Assembly (NCBI RefSeq): GCF_009914755.1
Contig: NC_060935.1
Length of the DNA: 64,000 nucleotides
Strand: one strand, 5' to 3'
Source: the human T2T-CHM13v2.0 reference genome, Homo sapiens
The notes below the pieces were generated by a model that saw nothing but the letters and a program-made list of their open reading frames with translations, did not search any database and was not told the DNA's origin. The stretch's first letter is position 1; every line of letters begins with the position of its first letter. A program made the position numbers and the translations under genes. Shown here piece by piece: positions 56,234 to 64,000 of the stretch.

Positions 56234-57897
56234 GTAAGTGACTCTCTACTGGCCTCCCCCGACCCCTACCCAGGGATGATAGTAATGACCAAAGATTCAG
56301 TCTGAGCAGTTAGTTTCCTCTTGATGGAAAAAAAAAAAAAAAAGCTTTTTCGCTTCTTTAAGTAGATGTGGTCAGAAGTAGAGCTGACTCTCTTCAAATA
56401 GTCTCCCTTTTGCCTTTCCTGGACCCTTATCTTGGATCCAGATTCTAAGCCAAGAAAAATAAACATCCTATGAAACTACCTGGCAAATTTCTAAATGTAT
56501 TATTGTGAAACTGTCATCCCTCTAGCTTGAGAGAAATAGAAACTGGCTTCTACTCAAAGCAGACAAACTGTCTCTCTCATCTCTGAAAACTAAAAATCTA
56601 AAAAGAAAAAATTAGGCTGAATACTAGAAGGTCAGAGAGTGGCCTTTTTGTCAACTCTTCATGGTTGTGTTAAGTGCCATTCCATTCTGAGCTGGCAGTT
56701 CTTAGACATGTTTCCCTCTAGAACATAACACTAGAGATGCTTGGACCATCTGTCTGTCCGACAGACCATCTGTACAAGGCACTGGCACCCCTTCCAGAAA
56801 ATAGAAGAGAAACTGAGGACACTAAATAGGTGAGTCTCTGTGTCTCTGTTTTCTAAGCTCTCTGGCAATAATTGGTAAAAGAGAAAAAGGAGTCCAGGAA
56901 AATTGTTTACATTTAAAAAAATGTTATAGCAAAGGTGGAAAATATTTTCATACAAGCAACCACAGAAATATTTAAAAGGTAATAGAAAAAAGTAACTGTT
57001 TCTGGCTTTAAGTGTTAGGCAAGCTAATGCACAAACTGAGAGGAATAAAGGCACCAGGGCTTTGTAGACAGACGCAACTAGGCAGACATTCAGGTAGACA
57101 CTGCTTTTAATGAGTTTTTATCTTGGGCAAATCACAAGTTGTCTATGGCTCAGTTTCCTCATCTGTATCCTGAGAATAATGATGCCCCCTGTATGCAACT
57201 ATAAAGTTTTTAATATATCATCTGAAATACCATAGAATTAAATGTGTGACAGCTATTGTGTCAATTTTGTGGGTTTTTACAAGGCTCTCTACGGGGCTCC
57301 AACCTATATCTTCATTCCTTCCTACCAAATACTTTTTGATGTATTTCCTTACTCTATTAGCACTGATATATGCAAAGTTATAATTTCTTCTAATTTCTCC
57401 TTGGAAACATTATCACTGCTTCACAATATACATATTTAAGACAAACCTCAAATTCCCCTTCCTTCTTTAATCTTTCCCAACCACAAATTCCTCAGGGATA
57501 ACTCTCTTCTCTGAGTTTTACGTGCTGACTTTATTATTTTTTGGTTCTGAATCCTGTGCTGCCTTGTTTAGCAAGTTAATTGCTCCTCTGTCAATATAAT
57601 GTCAACAATAATATAGGAACACATTTGAGGGAAAAATCGGATTGTTTACAACTTTGTGCTCCACATCATAACTGTGATAGAACAGTGAGTCTAGTAGGTG
57701 TTTAATAAACAAATTTTGAATAAATGACACCATCGAAATGACTACAGAAGCAAAAGAATGTACTGTTACCCACAAGAACATTCATTGAGAATTCTGACTG
57801 ACTTATGCAAAAGTGTTCTTGACCTAAATCCATGACATCGTTCTGAGGTTCAGGAATAGGAATAGGGTTATTTTAAAAACTAAACACCCCCACCCAC

Positions 57898-57956
57898 ATA
57901 GACATACATAGATATAGATATAGATATAGATTTTGTGTGTGTGTGTGTGTATGTGT
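57898..57956. repeat. (ATAGAT)n plus (TG)n compound repeat
   Basis: Directly visible. Confidence 0.9.
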
Positions 57957-60210
57957 ATTTATGTATATGGTGCTGGACAAATTAGTCTTGGAGAAAAATA
58001 TGTATTAGATAGGAAGAACAGAATTCCATTTAGCAAAAGCTTAAAAAAAATGCAGCAGTGCTTATAGTGATGGAAGAGATGAAAATCAAACTTGAAGCAG
58101 CACAAACACATCCAGGAGAGTCATGGCAGTGAGGCATGACAGGTCAAGGATAAAGAAAGGGAAAACAGGAAATAGCATCAACCAGATGAACACAGGAAGA
58201 AGTTAGGTATTCATGAGCAAAACAGACCTATTTCATGAAAGTGCTGGCAGCCAGGGGAACACTCAGAAAAATTTTAAACTATTTTTATATCTGCTCTTAC
58301 TTGGGCACTGGAATCAGAACAGGTTGACTGATAATATGTTTAATGCTTAATAGTAGTCCAGGTACCTTGGTAGAGAAAATGACCCTGAGCAAAAGTCACA
58401 TATAAACATGGCTTTCCTTTTGAAGAAGGGAGAGTAGAGTTTTTTCCTTGTATGTATCTGTATTCAGACTGCTGTCACTATGCATGGTGGATGTCTCCAA
58501 CAGAAAAAAATTAGCAAACCCATCCACTGTCTGTGTTATTAATCATTTGCTTGTTTTCAGGAAAGAGTATGCCTTTATTAGATTGATTTTTTCCTAAATG
58601 TTTTCACTTCACACATATTTTTTACTATGTTATTCAAACATTTGTCTCAACTTATATGGATTATTTTCTTTACTTCTTCCATTTGGAGTATCTACTGGGG
58701 TCAAGGTATATATGGTCACAGGTTTTAATTCCAATCATATGGTTGAAAAAATGTACACCCTGCACCATTGTGTGCTTACTTGGCCTTTGTTTCTGTGACT
58801 TGTTACCTAAAGCATGAATGTATAAATTGAAAGGACTTACACAAGGAATTGAAATCTCTCATCTTTAAGTAACTTATTATCAAATATTCAACATGCTAAT
58901 GTGTTTGCTCAATAGATATGTAAAGGAACAGCTAGAACATCAAAAACAGATAAAATATAATTGAATATCTACATTATGTAAAAAAGCTAGAGGATTTTTA
59001 CAGGGATTAGAGAAAAGTTGGTGTTAAAATTTTCTTTGTTCCTTGACAGTTTTAAGTGGAAGAAAGATTGCTATTTCCTCTCTTTTTCAAGAAAGCTTTC
59101 ATAATATGACCTTTTCTCTTGTTTACAGCCAAGCAATGAGTTTAATGGCTCACATTTTAGAACCTGACTTTAGAAAGAATTCCCCAGTTTATGAAATTCT
59201 GAATTCGTTCTCTTTCTTTCTCTGGTCTCCTTGAATGTTCTGTACCAGTCACTCTTTTTCCATCATGTCCCCCACTGACATCAATATGTTGAAAGATAAT
59301 TTCCCTCCTCTGTTTTATATTTTTATAAGTAGACAAACAAGAATATTTGCTTCTCTGTTTATTCATGTGCTGGTAATAATTTGTATCGTCTCTGGCACTG
59401 CAGAGTACAACAACATTTATACAAACTGAAACTGCTAAGTTATTATCATAATTACTATTACTACTAATGATTATAAGTAAATTTAATTATTATAATAATG
59501 AGATACCTTTTACTGAGTACCAATTAAATTCTAATCTCTGTTCTAGATACTTTGTGGGCATTATTTTTCTTAATCTTTTTACAACACTACAAGGTAAGAT
59601 ATGGAAATACAGCTACAAAAGTAACCTTCCCAAAGGTATGTTACTAATGAGACATAACATATTGGGACATGCTACCCATAAAGTAAATTCTGCAAATGCT
59701 CCTTAATGTCACTTAAGATTTAGTGTTACAGAGAAGACTTTCATTTCTTTACTTTCCTCTGTGTCCTGTAACTGCAGTACAATCATGCACATGGCATCAG
59801 ACATTTTAATAAGATTTAAGTAACTGTCAAAGTTAAATAGAGATCTGCCTCAACTTATGGATTCTGCCAAAGACCACAAAAATATGGTACTGATCATGTA
59901 CTATATTAGGGACCCATTGGTTCAGAGAAGCACCTTTCAGAGGCCCCTTAGAGATACTAACATCACATCTTTCCACTGATAGAGTCGGCCCTATTATGGG
60001 AATGTGATTACTTGATTTGCATTTACAGAAGGCTTGCTCTGGACTGTCTATAATTATGTGAAGAAGCATTGGGTTCACATCCTACAAATAAAAGAAACCA
60101 TGGCATAAAAGAACAGACATGGGCTTTGGAGTGAGTCAGAATTTGGGGCAAATAAATCCTTTGTTTGCCTTATCTGTAGTATGGGAATAATAATGTTACC
60201 TTGCTTATTT

Positions 60211-60251
60211 TGTGTGTATGTGTGTGTGTGTGTGTATGTGTGTTTGTATGT
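60211..60251. repeat. Imperfect (TG)n inside a MIR relic (~60100-60310)
   Basis: TG tract between GGCTTTGGAGTGAGTCAGA and CCTAGCACAGTGCCTGGCACATAG. Confidence 0.75.
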
Positions 60252-63200
60252 GAGAAGTATAAATAATCTAACATACCTAGCACAGTGCCTGGCACATAGA
60301 ATACCTTTGCTGACTCTATGAGATAATTGATTATAACATTATATTTTCTTGGTGTGTGTTGGTAATATATTTTGCAGTATATCACAAAAGGAATTTCCTT
60401 AGTTCAATGCAAAGCTTCAACCACAAATTCTGATGCTTAAGGCTGTGGTAGAGGCCAATGAACTTGTGTTTGCTGTTTTGACCAATTGACATCCCTCTTT
60501 CCTTTCTAACTCTCCTAGAATCAAATTTTATGGCATGAAGCTTTAAAATGCAGGGAGCATGGATCTTGTCTTTCTTCTCACAAAGTCATAAAGCAGACTT
60601 CATCCATTCATTTTAAGGATAAAAAGAACCCACAACCTGAAGGACAAAACCCTGTTCTCTCCATGCACAGGGAAAGGCTGACTTTGCAGTACCGAAATAC
60701 CTGGGTCAAGTGGTACCAGCCGTGCAGTTAGCAAAGCAGAATTGGACTCATCACTGACAGCTCAGCTCAGCTACATTAGTAAGAACAAGGCTTTTTACAT
60801 CTTTTCTGATATGTTCTTGAACAAAATAAAGGTCACACAGAATGACACAGCCCCACATAGGTCAGATTCTGGCAGAGGAATCTTAATTCTTGTTAACTAT
60901 CAAGTCAAAATTCCAAGGGGCCGCCTTTAAGACTGCAGCATTCCCTGTCCAAATACAGGAATTGCAGCAAATAGCTATGAGCAGAGAATCCTTCTAATAC
61001 TCCCCACAGCAATGATTGTAGCGCTTGTTCCTGGTAGGTGCTTAATAAATATGCATCCTTTTATTAACAGTGAACAAAATGAGATTTTAGATAAAGAGCA
61101 ATATTAACACCTCTTGCTGACATCTGAATTGTGTTTCTGCAACCACATATGGAAAGATGCACGTGACTATTGCTCCTTATATTCGGTATCATTTTGAAAG
61201 TTCTGAGTATAAGTGAAATGACATCTGAAAAGGGTACTTAGGCTGCTCCAGAAAAGGGTCTGATGAAGCCATGGTACATGAAATGAGCTAATTTACAGAA
61301 ATACAGCTTTCAGAATATAGCTTTCTGTCTCCAATTTTATTTGGCACTCAGATTAGTTTTGGGATTTTTACCCCCTGTATAAAAATATAAATACACTGAA
61401 TTAGTATGGTCTTCCTATTCTTAAACTAGTTGAACAGGAATGAGAGAATATATGTGAGCTACCTAGAGAAGTCCAATTTTGTGTCAAGGATTTTATTAAG
61501 TGCTTTATATAAAATTATTCATTCACTCATCACAGAATTGCTTATAACTGATTGTCCCTATTTTACAGATTAGACAGCTAAGGCTTCATGAGATTAGGTA
61601 TCTGATCTCATTCTATTCAACTACAAAGCCTGTTCTCAATACCATATTCTCTTGCTGTCATAACTTCCAAGTCAGCTTTTTAATTCTGGTCTATCTCTCC
61701 ACCAAATGCAGCTCACTGTGAAAATCACTGTATGCTGTGCTATTATTATAAATGTATATTTTATTTATATAATTCCCAAGTGTAACTCAAATTCTAATCA
61801 ACAGCCTCATTGTGGACTGGAGTTATTTGGTGAGTGCAAACTTGCTAGTAGTCTGTGTATGTCCAAGTCTGGGGAAGTCAAGTTTTTCTTACATTTTCTG
61901 GATATCCAGAAAATGAGTTCAGGTCATTATACATTTTCTATTTTTCATGAAACTAAAATTATGCCTCATATAGATTGGCTAATAATTTATGCATGTATGC
62001 ATGCACATGTACATACACACGACACATACACATATTCACAAGTAACTAAGAATGTACCACAAAAATTACTGAAAAGAGTTAGAGTCAACACATTTGGAAA
62101 ACGCCAAAACTATAACAACATAAATGTTAATCACTAATCATTAAGAATAGACCAGTTCTGCTTAACACTTTAACTTGAAATTATATTGGAGGAATCATTT
62201 TATGTCTTGAACAATACATAAAGTCATCATTACTGTAACACATTACATTTCTACATAAGTGTATATTTGTAGATCCTTTTTTCTACAATATTTCATCATA
62301 GCCTTCACAACAACACTATGAGTTAAGAATAGTTATTTCCAAATTATATAGGAAGAAATCAAGGTTCCAAGACTTTGAATGACCTACCAACCATTAAGCA
62401 ATACTTGCAATGTTTGACTGACATCTTCTGATTCTCAATCCAGAGGGTTTTTTTCTTCTAATTTTAACCCCAGCCTCCACCACTCCCCATTTTATCTGTG
62501 ACTGCTGAGTAGTCCCAAATGGAGATGCAGATAATTGAGTGAGTTGGCTTAATTTATTGCAAAGCCCCTGCTCTATTCACACATCAATTAATCCATCTTT
62601 TATTTTGTAATTTATTGGGGTCCCTGAGAGGTTGTTCTGAAGTGATGGAGAACAGTACCAAGGACATACAAATAGCATTTGTCATCAGAGAGTGTATCTT
62701 CTTCTTCCAAGATCCTTCATTTTCTGTTGTAGGCTGATGCTCTTAGCCTATTCTTATTAGCCACAGTTTCAGCATCAGCTCAGCTCTTTGAGCTAACATA
62801 CAGCTCTAGGCTGTTGTAATGACTCAGCAATCAAAATTTCAAGTTCAATCCACCTGATCCTTACCCACCTCCAGGGCCAGAGCTCCAAAAGCTCCTCTCT
62901 GCTCTTAAACTTCTTACTAGGTGATGTTCCTGGCTTTTTTTTTTTAAAGGTTCTCAGTAGCTGACTTTCCAGCTGTCAACCCTGTTTGTTACAGAGGGAA
63001 AGAGCTATTCATGTGTTAAGTACCCTGGGTCTTAAAAACACAGAAACACACTGGAGAATGTTGGGCCTCCTTGTCTGACTTTAGCAGAGTCCCAGAGAAA
63101 GGCCTGACAAATGGAGAAGAAACGGAATGTCCTTTATTCTCCCCAATAAACTCAGAGAAACCCTTCACCAATTCATTCTTTTAAAAATATAACTCTGCAT

Positions 63201-64000
63201 ATGTTGCTTCTAGGGAACTTTAGCCTTTTCTTTAGCAGCTGTGACAAGTTACTCCTACTGAAATGGAAAGCTCCCTACCCCCATTTACCTTTCTTTTCTG
63301 AATTCTCTAAGCAATGAAACAAACCCTGGTAAACGTCAAAACCCTCTCTACCACAAAATAAAACTGAAAAAGGCATGGATCTGGAGTTGGTTCTGATCAA
63401 AAGCTGTTTATCATTGCTCTGGCCTGAGCTGAAAATACAGATGCAAAGTTACAGTTGTGCAAACACCATCAGGAACCCTTGAGATATGGGAGAAATGCTT
63501 TGCACATTTCATAAGCTGTAATCAGAAAATCCTGAGTTGGCCCCCACTTCTATTACTAGCCTAAAATAAGTGATCATGAAAGTGTTGCTATCGCTAAAAG
63601 ATTCACTCATTACAATTATTAAATCTTTAATACACAAAAACCAAGTTGGTATCTTTTGTTGTTGTTGTTGTTTTGTTTTGAGGTAGTATTGAGAATAATC
63701 TATGCAATTAATTTTTACCAACACCACACATCTAAATATACCAGTATTTGGTGAGAATATGAATGGGAAAACAGTCAACATTAAATAGCCTCAATGGAGA
63801 GAGGTACTAATTTGCCAAATTCCAGAACGACATTTTTAAAGGACCTCTCTCTATTCAGAACAGTCCTAACACTAAATAGATGACCTAAAATGCTGTCCTC
63901 TATACCTGGGACTAGTTGCCAAAAGAAACAGGTTAATAAAGGGCTGACCAACTTAAGGAATGCTGATTGTCCAGGCAGAGCTTGGAGAGCCTCCAATACC

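Overview
AT-rich, CpG-poor primate genomic DNA, most likely human or a close catarrhine relative (AluY/S/J, LTR7, THE1 and MLT2A1 are all present). It looks intergenic or deep-intronic. I find no credible protein-coding gene, tRNA, rRNA or CRISPR array; the supplied ORFs are short chance ORFs or fall in Alus, microsatellites and transposons. Recognisable content: 10 Alus, a 5'-inverted L1PA fragment, an L1PB-like fragment, solo LTRs (LTR7/HERV-H, MLT2A1/HERV-L, three THE1, several MLT1), DNA transposons (MER30, Tigger2a, MER3, MER6, MER5A, MER2), many MIR/L2 relics and microsatellites. Repeat subfamily names come from recalled consensus sequences and need RepeatMasker confirmation. I cannot name the locus and found no convincing new biological system. 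The best leads are: (i) three local templated insertions (a 340-bp copy, a 79-bp copy inside an L1, a ~29-bp copy inside an Alu) with junctions resembling end-joining repair; (ii) co-oriented embryo-type LTR promoters upstream of candidate + strand exons, which could form an LTR-driven lncRNA; (iii) candidate enhancer/CTCF blocks that retain CpGs.
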